Positions 11,701-21,600 of a DNA stretch of 64,000 nucleotides are shown here, piece after piece. The DNA is from Schizochytrium sp. TIO01. Taxonomy: Eukaryota > Protista > Bigyra: Labyrinthulomycetes. Location: the NCBI GenBank assembly GCA_004764695.1, contig SMSO01000032.1, positions 3,318,483 to 3,382,482 of the forward strand, read 5' to 3'. The notes under the pieces were generated by a model, which made no database searches, was not told the DNA's origin, and was given only the letters and a program-made list of their open reading frames with translations. The translations under genes and the position numbers were made by a program. Every line of letters begins with the position of its first letter. The first letter of the stretch is position 1.

Positions 11701-12808
11701 TGGGATTTGGAGTCGGCGAATCAGTCGGGTTGGCTGTTGGCGAATCAGTGGGATTTGCAGTTGGCGAATCAGTGGGATTTGCAGTTGGCGAATTAGTGGG
11801 ATTTGCAGTCGGCGAATCAGTCGGGTTTGCAGTTGGTGAATCAGTGGGATTTGCAGTTGGCGAATTAGTGGGATTTGCAGTTGGCGAATTAGTGGGATTT
11901 GCAGTTGGCGAATTAGTGGGATTTGCAGTCGGCGAATTAGTGGGATTTGCAGTCGGCGAATCAGTCGGGTTGGCTGTTGGCGAATCAGTGGGATTTGCAG
12001 TTGGCGAATCAGTGGGATTTGCAGTTGGCGAATTAGTGGGATTTGCAGTTGGCGAATCAGTGGGATCTGCAGTTGGCGAATCAGTGGGATTTGTAGTCGG
12101 CGAATCAGTGGGATTTGTAGTCGGCGAATCAGTCGGGTTGGCTGTTGGCGAATCAGTAGGATTCGTTGTCGGAGACTTTGTAGGGTTCGCAGTTGGCGAA
12201 TCAGTCGGGTTTGTAGTTGGCGAGTTTGTGGGGTTTGTAGTCGGCGAATTTGTAGGGTTTGTAGTTGGCGAATCAGTCGGGTTCGCAGTCGGGGGATCTG
12301 TAGGGCCTGCAGTTGGAGACTTTGTAGTTGGTGAAGACGTTGGCGCATCAGTTGAACAAGATTTATATGCAGAAATCCAGTCTCTTGAGTTTGTTACTTG
12401 ATTGATCACGGTATAGATATTACATCTATAATTGTTGTTGCCATTGTCAAAGATTGACCATCCAAGACATGTGCTCTGATTTTGACATATATCGATGCAT
12501 TGCTCTTGTGTTGTTGTATCATACGAATCAAATGTTCCGGAAAACTTTTTTGCAGACCAGCATGATGTATTAATTGTAGTCAGATGGCGAGATGGTGGAG
12601 AGGGATGAGTTTGGAGCGAAGCAAACTGCGACTCACTGTGATCATCAGATCCCAAATTCCGAGGCTTTTCATGTCCAAGTTTTCGAGCATTTGTAAATCC
12701 TGCCCATAGAATTGCTAGAACAATCGTGCAAATAAAACTATAGCGTGACGAAAGCAAGTTACTAGAGTCACGTCGAGGCACTCCTGCATTCCTCAAAGAG
12801 GATTGCAT
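8756..12808 (-). CDS. Paralogue A: signal peptide/anchor, PAN, ~790-aa (SPTANPTD/N)n stalk, PAN, PAN, VWA
   Basis: In-frame ATG at 12808. Hydrophobic YSFICTIVLAILWAGFTNA. Apple-type Cys pattern (CIDICQNQSTCLGWS..CNIY; CYSWCTETTMCTGYTW..CLLK; CGEACFDASACEVWVY..CYLR). VWA with MIDAS DVMYIVDSSGS, TGTATG, LLTDG. No C-terminal TM or GPI signal. Confidence 0.9.
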   Translation of the reverse strand: MQSSLRNAGVPRRDSSNLLSSRYSFICTIVLAILWAGFTNARKLGHEKPRNLGSDDHSESQFASLQTHPSPPSRHLTTINTSCWSAKKFSGTFDSYDTTTQEQCIDICQNQSTCLGWSIFDNGNNNYRCNIYTVINQVTNSRDWISAYKSCSTDAPTSSPTTKSPTAGPTDPPTANPTDSPTTNPTNSPTTNPTNSPTTNPTDSPTANPTKSPTTNPTDSPTANPTDSPTTNPTDSPTTNPTDSPTADPTDSPTANPTNSPTANPTDSPTANPTDSPTANPTDSPTANPTNSPTANPTNSPTANPTNSPTANPTNSPTANPTDSPTANPTDSPTANPTNSPTANPTDSPTANPTDSPTANPTDSPTPNPTNSPTANPTNSPTANPTNSPTANPTDSPTANPTDSPTANPTDSPTANPTNSPTANPTNSPTANPTNSPTANPTNSPTANPTNSPTANPTDSPTANPTDSPTANPTNSPTANPTDSPTANPTDSPTANPTDSPTANPTNSPTANPTNSPTANPTNSPTANPTDSPTANPTDSPTANPTDSPTANPTDSPTANPTDSPTANPTDSPTANPTDSPTTNPTDSPTANPTDTPTANPTDSPTTNPTDSPTANPTDSPTANPTNSPTANPTDSPTANPTDSPTANPTDSPTANPTNSPTANPTNSPTANPTNSPTANPTNSPTANPTDSPTANPTDSPTANPTNSPTANPTDSPTANPTDSPTANPTDSPTANPTNSPTANPTNSPTANPTNSPTANPTDSPTANPTDSPTANPTDSPTANPTDSPTANPTDTPTANPTDSPTTNPTDSPTANPTDSPTANPTDSPTANPTDSPTANPTDSPTANPTDSPTTNPTDSPTANPTDSPTANPTDSPTTNPTDSPTANPTDSPTANPTDSPTANPTDSPTANPTDSPTANPTDSPTANPSDSPTANPTVAPTQTNVAGDTESPSSSSTAAPTTFDCAVEGYQYVGGKTVKSASGITSAKACYSWCTETTMCTGYTWNSAASMCLLKAKGYKLKTGQSGYYSGSQDCSDESECFAQFVNYPGETFKTLTKVGTAKACGEACFDASACEVWVYLSNKKKCYLRKNYSGAKRTANAYFFAGKKTEACRSVIEATSAPTPSPTLMTPPPVTSCGPKVNDVMYIVDSSGSIDSTEWANLIMFLRQLSYAFQVGSGAADSRLAIVNYASNVNILWNFTDARAIDQETFQTSVSEIEAYHTGTATGPALISASEVFWNTPVRAGLDRRVAILLTDGNPNKNTGCNAAGFRKSPKGCAKDAAASIRRGPDGIIGTDDDVYLVLVRIGVSKKSDMLAGVEDLQVYSDSVGLRSIANEVISNICNITDDA
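9990..12345 (-). repeat. Coding 24-bp tandem repeat (SPTANPTD/N) with higher-order blocks
   Basis: Variants of gttggcgaat(c/t)agtgggatttgca repeated over ~2.3 kb. The sequence lines starting at 10381 and 10981 are identical. Confidence 0.95.
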
Positions 12809-13271
12809 TTTCAATAGAGTCAGGTCTCTATCTGCCGGGCTCGGCACGCTCTAGCTATTTTAAGGGCAATGTTCAATGTCTTACTACGTTTGTCCGGGTT
12901 TCAACAAAAGGGTTTTGATATCTCGAAGGGCAAACTTGGTCCTCTAATACTGTTCTTGCTGATACCACATAAAGTGTAGCGTTATTAAATAAAGAGACCT
13001 GATACAACAATAAGGTTTATCGAACACTTTATCATCATTCCTTTTTCCAGGAGTTTTGCTCTGCATCAGGTCCATGTTTCAGATCTTGTTTGGTGCTGAG
13101 GCGCTTTGTTACAAGGTTTAGAACACCACATCAAAGAATCTTGCAGTACCTTGTGCGATCGGTATCATCATCGATCTTGCTTATGTCCAAGTTTATCTCT
13201 ACTCAAATGACGACTAATTGAATATTCGAATGGATAATTATTTAGAATGTTAAAAACAGTTAGCAATGGTT

Positions 13272-13295
13272 AAAAAAAAAAAAAAAAAAAAAAAA
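13272..13295. repeat. Poly(A) tract
   Basis: Run of >20 A. Confidence 0.8.
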
Positions 13296-15760
13296 GAACA
13301 AAAGGAAAAAAGAGGAAAGTGGGAGGGACAAGCTAGAAATGGATTATTATTTCTTTTAAGAGGGAAAAAAAATAAATGAAGCATGGGTCTCTGACGCTTG
13401 TCTTATAGACATTCTTGTGTCGAATAGCTACACCTCGTTATCTTTTCCAGAGCTGTATTTGTTACTCAGGTTTGTCTACTGCGAGTGAAAATTGTCTTTG
13501 TGGTGGTGCCATTGTCTAATTTCGTCTCTTTCTTATTTTGTTGTTCTTTTCTTTTTTGGTTTGGTACACTCTCGCCCACATGAATCAATCAAATTGCTCA
13601 TGATATATCCCTGGGACGGGAACTTGTACTGGTACTAGCTGTTGCTAACACTACCAGCACCTCATTATTACCACATATTGCACTCACTTCTCATGCGGAA
13701 TAAGGAGAAAGCTGAACAGAGTGCCTTTAATTTTTGATGTTATGAATTGCGGACTTTGTAATTAGTTAACAAACCTTGTATTTTAGCGTTATCATCAGTC
13801 GAATTTGCAAAACAAATCCATTATGGTTTCTCCTAATTCTACACGCCATCATTCGCCCCCGTCCCTTGCCACCCTTAGCGCGACCAAATGTACTATCTAA
13901 ACTAAGCCTTTCCTGGCTCCAACCAAAGCAAAGCAAACATTGAATAATGTTTTCCCTCATCTTAAAAATGCTCACATTCATGGATCTTGATTACCAATGA
14001 GTGCACGCGCTTGGCGGGTGCAGTCTGAAGCAAGGACGTGAGTCATCAATTCTCGCATAGGAGGCTAGTGCATAGTGGAGTTGATGTTAACACAGAATAG
14101 TGATTTCTTTGTTCCAGTATTTTCCATTTTTCTCCTTTTTTCCATTTTTTTCTTTTCAAGAAGAAATGCGATGATGCCTACCCAATTGATCCGTTCATTC
14201 TTTCTTAGCGGTGCACACCTTGTAATTGGTGGATTAACCGCACAAAGCTACTTGAACCTGAAAAGGTTGATCCTGGAGCATGTCGAAGGAAGCAGACGCT
14301 GGCTAGCACCTACTACATGGCATTAAGACCATTCCCTCTTGCTACGCGTCCTAAAGAATCCTTCTTGTTGATTTCACCAAAAAATGGTTGACTTCCAGCT
14401 TCCCTGGTAATCCGATGAAAGAAGCCTCCGGAACCACGCCCCTTGCTTCTCCCTCGCCACTCAGACTTGCTCGTAGTCGTCTTTTTAATTCTCTGCCATG
14501 TGTGTCTCAAGTTGGTTGGCAGGTCGATAGAAGTATGTGCAAACAAGCATGCACCCTCGTAATCAGGCAAGCAGAGCAGCAAAAAATTAATCTGTCCCAG
14601 AGCCTGGATAGTCCAGTTGGCCCGAAACTGAGGAGCCAGCAAGCCACCCAATCATTTCCCTAAGAAAGGTGAGCAACTGAATAATAGCTAGTCAGCTTGA
14701 GCCCGTAAGACTGTGCCTCCTTTTAATTGTTCCTGTACAGCAATTTCTAATGTTGATACCATACCGCGGAAGTCTCACTGCATTGCGGTATGAACGATAT
14801 GACGGAATTTGCAAATGGATTGACGAATAGGAGTGGTCTGCCTCTACTTTGTGGCTTGTAAACAAGCAGTCAGCAACTTGCCTGCTCGGTGTCCCGAACT
14901 TTAATAAGTACCAACCGAGTCCCTTGTCATCATTAGACTGCCAATGACATATATCTCGAAGAGCTGCCGCTGGATATTCCAGTAAACTTCCATTAGACAG
15001 TTGGCTGAATTATGACCTTTCCCGCTCGGGCTCAGCAGGAAGGTGCCACTGTATTTCAAACATGCTCCAAAACTCCCTTTCTTTCTTCTTTCTTTTCGTT
15101 TCATTTCTTTTCTTTTTCATTGAATAATATTATGGGAAAAGTGTAGTTTTCATACCCTATACAAAACTTGGACAGTACAGAGTGCTGTTGTTGGAGTTTT
15201 TGTCAATGACATTATGAAAACGGTGTTGGTAGGTTGTATCGTGGATCAAGGACATTGGTGGTTAGATATTTCACCACTCTGTGAGAGCTTATTTCACTGA
15301 GAATTTATTCTTGAAGTAGTATTGCATGCTCCTTGATGTGAACTAGATGCTGACGCTTCTATTCCAAGCTCAAATATTTCTATTGCTACATGAGTTATGT
15401 AGCTCAAATTTGAATCTTTGTACATTCTTGACAACTAGTAACTTTGACTCATGTGAAATATGGAAAGAAGAGTATAGTGGTCCATCCCTGATAAGGCCTG
15501 ACTCTCACTCGAAACATGGAATGAGCTTTGAGAGGCCGCAGGTCCTTCAGGTATACAAAGCATCTAAAGACACGTAGAAAATAGAAAGATTTGGAGGAAG
15601 AACAAACTGGGGGTTAATTAGAGGCTCTTCTATATTCACAGAAGAAGTACATATTGAATTGAAATATGCTGTATCCGACTTCCCTCACTACATGATCTCA
15701 AAAGAATTTTTGAAAAATATAATGATACGCGTGTATGCTTTTTATTTTTATTTTCTACTT

Positions 15761-18079
15761 TTATCTACTCTCGTCTTCACAAATGGCGCTTATGATTGTA
15801 TCTGCAGTATCAAAGATATCATCAACGTTGGTGCTGATCAAAAGATTCTCCTTGCCCTGGAAAAGCTTCACCTGCGGTTTGTTACCCATCCGCACATAAA
15901 CAAAAAAGATATCGTCATCAGTACCAGAAACACCATCTACGCCAAGCATAAGGTCCTCACCGGCTTCTCTGGCGCACTTCAGGTTGGACTTCGGATACCC
16001 GTTTTCTTTGCAGTCCGTATTTTGGTTCGGTTTACCATCAGTCACAAAGATGACAACCCGCTTGTTAATCCCTTCGCGAACAGCCGTGTTAGCAAAAACA
16101 CCCTGGGCAGCGATCATTGCTGCTCCGATAGCTGTGCCAGTATTTGCATCATCTGAACTGGCTACCGCCAGCTGAAAAGCATCTTGGTCTGTTGCTTCAG
16201 TCGCAGTAAAATCCCATTCCAAGGTTGCAGAAGAAGAAAACCTCATGAATGCCAGACGGGAATCCGTGGCTCCTGTACCAATTGTAAATGCACTTCCGAG
16301 CTGACGTGTAAAGATCTTCATATTGTTCCACTCCTTGCTATCGGTGGAGCCAGAACCGTCCATTACAAAGAGAATATCATTAGGGGTAGTTGCGCCACAT
16401 GAAGATACCTCGGGAACTGGAGATAAAGTAGGCGCAGACGTCGACGTTCCTGCGGCATCGATACAATCCGATGCAAGACCAGCGTAGAAGTACGAGGTCT
16501 TTGATGATGAAGCCAATGACGGGTTTTCGTATAAGAAACAAACGTTTTTCTTTGAATTAAATGTCCAAGCTTCACATCCGGAGTACGAAACACAATTATC
16601 AGCACAATCTGCCGCACTGGTCACGCCGGTAAGCTTGCTCAGTTGAGTTCCAGTGTACTCTGCAAACTGAACCTCACATTCTTCACTGCGGGGACATGTG
16701 ACAGGACCAGATGTGTAACCCTCTTGGCCGTTCTTCATCTTGTACCCCTTTTTCTTGAGGAAGCACTTTCCATTATCCTGGAACGTGTACCCCTCGCACT
16801 CGTCTGCATATGCAGCGCATTCGGTTTTACACTCAGCGACGCTGCTCATACCAGTAACTGTCTTGATAGTTTTCCCGCCGTAGTATTTTTGACCAGCATA
16901 TTCACAACTTGACTCTGTGCCAGCGCCGCGGTCCTCAGTTGGGCTCTCGGTAGGGCTCAAAGTTGGGCTCTGAGTTGGGCTTTGAGTCGGGCTCTGAGTT
17001 GGGCTTTGAGTTGGGCTCTGAGTTGGGCTTTGAGTTGGGCTCTGAGTTGGGCTCTGAGTTGGGCTCTGAGTTGGGCTTTGAGTTGGGCTTTGAGTTGGGC
17101 TCTGAGTTGGGCTCTGAGTCGGGCTCTGAGTCGGGCTCTGAGTTGGGCTCTGAGTTGGGCTCTGAGTTGGGCTCTGAGTTGGGCTTTGAGTTGGGCTTTG
17201 AGTTGGGCTCTGAGTTGGGCTCTGAGTCGGGCTCTGAGTCGGGCTCTGAGTTGGGCTCTGAGTTGGGCTCTGAGTTGGGCTCTGAGTTGGGCTCTGAGTT
17301 GGGCTCTGAGTCGGGCTCTGAGTCGGGCTCTGAGTCGGGCTCTGAGTTGGGCTCGAAGTAGGGCTCTGAGTCGGGCTCTGAGTCGGGCTCTGAGTTGGGC
17401 TCTGAGTCGGGCTCTGAGTCGGGCTCTGAGTTGGGCTCGAAGTAGGGCTCGAAGTAGGGCTCTGAGTCGGGCTCGAAGTAGGGCTCGAAGTAGGAGCATC
17501 AGTCAGGTTTCTCCATTGAATGTTATCAATGGAGGCATAAGCAGGCGGGTACGCGGTCTCCGCTCCACCAACGTAAACAGGTTCAGACTCATTCACGTAC
17601 AGAAGGTAATTGTTTGACGCTGTTGTGTAGTCAATCGTGCAACCAAGGCTAGAGTCTCCATTGATAGAGAGTGTGGCCTCTTGCTCATTGCGAACTTCGA
17701 TGTCGATGTTGTACGACTGTCCAAGTTCTAACACCAGAGCTGTGTCACATCCAGAGTTAGAATTCGTGTTTGTTGAAGTACGAAAGCGGAGCTGAGCTGT
17801 CCCATCATCTACGAAGATGCCAGGTTGACGAACATACTTGCCGTTCCGTATAATGCCACCTCGCTGAAGGATACTTTGCGGGGCAGCGTCGTACGTATCA
17901 TAAATCGTCAAGTCAAAGTTCAATCCATAGTTGGACAAAAGGGTGAGCCCTTCGTCAACAATTTCTCGATTGAGAGATGGTGTCGCGGTAGGTGCTGGGG
18001 TTGCGACATCCTCCGCAATTGCTCGACACCCAAGTGCTACAACGACAGCGAGAATGGCTGGCCATCTAAACGACGTCAT
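15761..18079 (-). CDS. Paralogue B: signal peptide, ConA/LamG-like jelly-roll head, (SPTQ)n stalk, PAN, PAN, VWA
   Basis: Signal MTSFRWPAILAVVVALGCRAIA. Beta-rich head RQPGIFVDDGTAQLRFRTST..GCD..LELGQSYNIDIEV..LSING..PVYVGG..ASIDNIQW. VWA DILFVMDGSGS, TGTAIG, FVTDG. Confidence 0.9.
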   Translation of the reverse strand: MTSFRWPAILAVVVALGCRAIAEDVATPAPTATPSLNREIVDEGLTLLSNYGLNFDLTIYDTYDAAPQSILQRGGIIRNGKYVRQPGIFVDDGTAQLRFRTSTNTNSNSGCDTALVLELGQSYNIDIEVRNEQEATLSINGDSSLGCTIDYTTASNNYLLYVNESEPVYVGGAETAYPPAYASIDNIQWRNLTDAPTSSPTSSPTQSPTSSPTSSPTQSPTQSPTQSPTQSPTQSPTQSPTSSPTQSPTQSPTQSPTQSPTQSPTQSPTQSPTQSPTQSPTQSPTQSPTQSPTQSPTQSPTQSPTQSPTQSPTQSPTQSPTQSPTQSPTQSPTQSPTQSPTQSPTQSPTQSPTQSPTQSPTQSPTQSPTQSPTLSPTESPTEDRGAGTESSCEYAGQKYYGGKTIKTVTGMSSVAECKTECAAYADECEGYTFQDNGKCFLKKKGYKMKNGQEGYTSGPVTCPRSEECEVQFAEYTGTQLSKLTGVTSAADCADNCVSYSGCEAWTFNSKKNVCFLYENPSLASSSKTSYFYAGLASDCIDAAGTSTSAPTLSPVPEVSSCGATTPNDILFVMDGSGSTDSKEWNNMKIFTRQLGSAFTIGTGATDSRLAFMRFSSSATLEWDFTATEATDQDAFQLAVASSDDANTGTAIGAAMIAAQGVFANTAVREGINKRVVIFVTDGKPNQNTDCKENGYPKSNLKCAREAGEDLMLGVDGVSGTDDDIFFVYVRMGNKPQVKLFQGKENLLISTNVDDIFDTADTIISAICEDESR
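16935..17500 (-). repeat. Coding 12-bp tandem repeat (SPTQ)n
   Basis: tgag(t/c)tgggctc-type 12-mers, >40 copies. Confidence 0.95.
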
Positions 18080-19139
18080 TGTAGAGGTGACTTATCCAAG
18101 CCAAACTAAAGAGGTCGCTTCTGTCAGCCGTGCAGCAGGTAGAGTGAGAGAGTTAACAGACTCTCTCAAAGTACCAAGCCTACGATTCTAGATCACAGCA
18201 AGTACCTCTGGACTATTTTGGTTTTGCTTTTGCTTTTCTGCAAAGTTGTCTGCAGCAGCGTAAATATGAAGGAACTACTTCCTTTTTGATTTAAAAAAAG
18301 GGAAGCTGCGTCAATATGCCGAGTGTGCACGGTGACTAAGCAATAGTTATGAACCAGAAAATGTACCATAGGTACGTACGTGACAGCTCAGTTCTCTTTA
18401 TGGTCCAAGGACATAGGACCTGGCGTGGATTCGGCCCCGTCTGGGACTTTGAAAGGCCCAAGGTTGCCTATCCTGTCCTGGCCTTCAGGAGTCCGCGCCG
18501 TAGAACCCTTATGTCTTGGATGCCCGAGATTTGGGCCGCTCTCCTAGTCTCGCTACAAAGAAGTAATTTCACATACGTAGGCACTTTACTTAGGAAGTAT
18601 TGTCCACGGCTAAGAGTTTAGAAAACATTTAAATTTTATCTTCGATTTTTTTAATCAATTTAAATTAAAAATTACAAGTTTTTAAAAAAAGGACAACATG
18701 TAATTCACGCGCATGCAAATTTGTACAATAAGGTTAGTCGACACTTTGACCGTACCTTTGTAACAACCTCTGGCGCGGCCTGAGTTCATCAGCCCTAGCT
18801 CAAATAGAAGCTTTAGGGTAGCTTATCGTCAGCTGCAATCCGTGTCCCGGCGGTGGATCCGGTGAAGATCCACAACTAAAAAGGTTGTAGATGCAAATTG
18901 TAGCGCGTGCTTGCTTATGCGCTTTTTAGCATGGCTTGCAGCGCCAACCTAGAGCCAGGACAGAGCACTCTTCAAGCTGGAAGATAGAGTGTGGCTAGCT
19001 AGCTAGCTACTTGAATGCTTAAGCTCGGTGCTGGACCTTGTAAAGCTTAGATTTTTCGTCGGCACCTTGATATGATTCTAGTTCTACCCCAGTCAGCCTT
19101 TGGACATTGAAGTTCATATTGTAATCAGCCAAGTAGTGA

Positions 19140-19915
19140 AATTGATTGAAAGGGTGCTGGTAAAGTGCAGTCAGCGAGGGAACTCTGAACAATCAAAGGG
19201 TTTACTTGTCCTGAGCTCCAGTACTTCGGATATGTTCATTGGTGGCAGTATAATTTGCTTCCAATCATCATCATTGTAGGAGGTTAGCAATCATGCTGCC
19301 GCAGTCTGGAAACCAAGCAATTCTAAACTCCGGATGATGGTGGTGATGTCCCTCGTGGTTGGTTGCCAAGGGCAAGCATTGGCAAGTTGGCTAACAGCAA
19401 GAATTAAAAGCTACTCGGCAAGTCCATTTGTGAGGCATTCCCGTACGAAGCTGGTGGAGGCCTTAGTCCATCGAGTGCTTCAATCTCCATCCCCAGGCCT
19501 TTTCCCATAAACCTGAGCGTGCATGTATGCAAAAAGGACTCGAGTCATTCTTCTTCTCCTGCTCCCTCTTGGCCTCGTGCACTTGTAGCTGCTCTTGTAG
19601 CTGCTCTTGCAGCTGCTCTTGCTGCTGCTCTTGCTGCTTGTGCTATTACCCTGCAGCTTCTAGCGCTGCTTTGGCGTAGCAGCAGGTGCCTGGAAGGTGT
19701 GGGGCCGAGAAGATGGAGATCGCTCTTTTCGACCCGAACTCCTTTCCAACCATCGCACGATTCCTTACGAGAGCCAAGGCCGCTGCGACGAACTTGTTTG
19801 TCCTCGGCTCCACCCAGAAGAAGCTGCCCTCGCTAGCGCATTCCAGCCCCAAGTGAACAGGCAGTAGATGCCACAGTCGGTACCAGAAGATGATGAAAGA
19901 CTTGGACCTCCATCT
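19140..19915 (-). pseudogene. Decayed gene remnant with a Gln/Glu coiled-coil repeat
   Basis: Minus-strand frames give coding-like pieces broken by stops and frameshifts (LECASEGSFFWVEPRTNKFVAAALALVR; KQQEQQQEQLQEQLQEQLQVHEAKREQEKK; WKQIILPPMNISEVLEL). Confidence 0.3.
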
Positions 19916-19957
19916 TGGCGGCTCTAGTTCTCTCCCTCCAACAGAAAGTGTCTGTGC

Positions 19958-20238
19958 ATTAACTAATTCATGGATTCACTAATTCACTAATACATTAATG
20001 AATTAATTCATTAATTCATTAATTAGTGAATTAATGAATTATTTCATTCATTCATTCATTCATGAATTCACTCCTTCATTAATATCATGAATTCACTCCT
20101 TCATTAATTCATTAATTCACTAATTCATTCATTCACTAATTCACTAATTCATTCATTCATTCATTCATTATTTATTAATTCACTAATTAACTAACTCACT
20201 AATTAACTAATTCACTAATTCATTAACTAATTAATTCC
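19958..20238. repeat. Degenerate AT-rich (ATTC/ATTA/ACTA)n simple-repeat tract
   Basis: ~280 bp of attcattcattaattcactaatt variants. Confidence 0.9.
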
Positions 20239-21313
20239 TCACTGTCCATTCCCTGGTGTGCCCTGAACTACGTGCGCTCCTGCTGCACAGGCTCCCTAGC
20301 CAGCCCTAAACGGGCGCGGGTCTCCAGTGGGAACTGGCAGTGAGTGCCACGCAGTCGGAGGATGACCTCCTTCCATTGATGCTGATCGCTGGACTCGATC
20401 TTCATCGGCCTCGGGCGCTCGCTCGCTCGCTGTCTCTGTGATTTTCTGCTGATCGTGAAGTTGGGTTGAAATGAAAGCGCAACGACATGCCCCACAGCGG
20501 AACATGCATTGTGATTAGCCTTGATTCATCAGTTTTTAATAATATGTTTTATATCTATCTGTATGATCTAGACCTATCTATATAGGTGTGTACATACATG
20601 TAGAATAAGAAGCGTAAAAAAGTAGGGCAAGAAACACTACCTTGGTCACGCCACTGAATGGCACTTTCCAACTGTTCAAAGCAATCAGAAAAAAATCTCG
20701 AGATCAGCTGGCTACTTGGCTCTTCAAACTGCTTTTGCAAATTTTGCAAATGCCCGACGGCGAGTAGAATGGATCCCTGAGAACACAACAAAGTCCTGCG
20801 CGGGATCCTGAGGGAGCTTTCGTGTTAGATAAGTACTCTAGCAGGGTAGGCAGGGATCTAATAGTCCGGTAGGAACCTGAGGTCCTATACTTTTGACTAG
20901 CCTTATACTATCACAAATCGGATCAATTCGGTGTGGCGATGAGAAACGTCCCTTCCGCGCTGCAGTAATTTCACCTGACCTTTTCCCAGTAGCACTGATA
21001 TCGTTCTACCCAGTCAGAACTAATTTTCAATCATTTACTTTACTTCTTAAACGGGAACTAATTCTCAACTATTTGCTTCTTAAACCCCTGTAGGAATTAA
21101 TTCTCAGCTATTCGATCCTTAAAGTTCAGTCCGAATAATTTTTTCGGGTCTATCTATTCAATGCCTTAAGGCCACTCCCGTCCCTCTAGCCAATTCAATA
21201 CTCTCAACCAAAGGTAGATAGAAAAATCAACAAATTCTTGAAGAATATTTATTTATCCATCTCGCAAACTAAAAACGAAGCAGGTAGAGTAGTTTCTAGT
21301 TAGTCAGTATATT

Positions 21314-21600
21314 TCAAAGTTGCTCGCGTTCAGCTTCTGCAGAGTTCTCGAAGTCAGCTGGACTCATGACATCAGCGCGTTTGGCTAAACAGAGGTCGAT
21401 GAACATAGGTTCTCCTATGTCTTTGTGACGAAGAACATTGTTCTTGGTCAAATCACCGAGTATAGCATGGTCGTGGATTTTGGCTAGAGACTCAACAGCC
21501 TTCTCCACGAACTCGTCACTGAGAGTTGCCTCTCTTGAAACATCCTCACCTGAATAAACAGTACCATTAACACAGATCTGTTGTACACATGCAACCTCAT
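21314..21600 (-). pseudogene. Protein-kinase-like C-lobe fragment
   Basis: AVESLAKIHDHAILGDLTKNNVL..PMFIDLCLAK resembles degraded LxxxHxxGxxHGDLxxxN / IDFG motifs. The His before GD is absent, DFG reads DLC, and no N-lobe is present. Confidence 0.55.

Noticed and set aside
9886-12401. Long alternative-frame and antisense ORFs (820 aa RQLQIPLI repeat; 805 aa VGFAVGES repeat) over gene A
   Set aside because: Shadow ORFs: the 24-bp unit has no stop in those frames, and they begin and end with the repeat.
16957-17617. ORFs with RAQL, GSEL and WALS repeats
   Set aside because: Shadow frames of the SPTQ 12-bp array.
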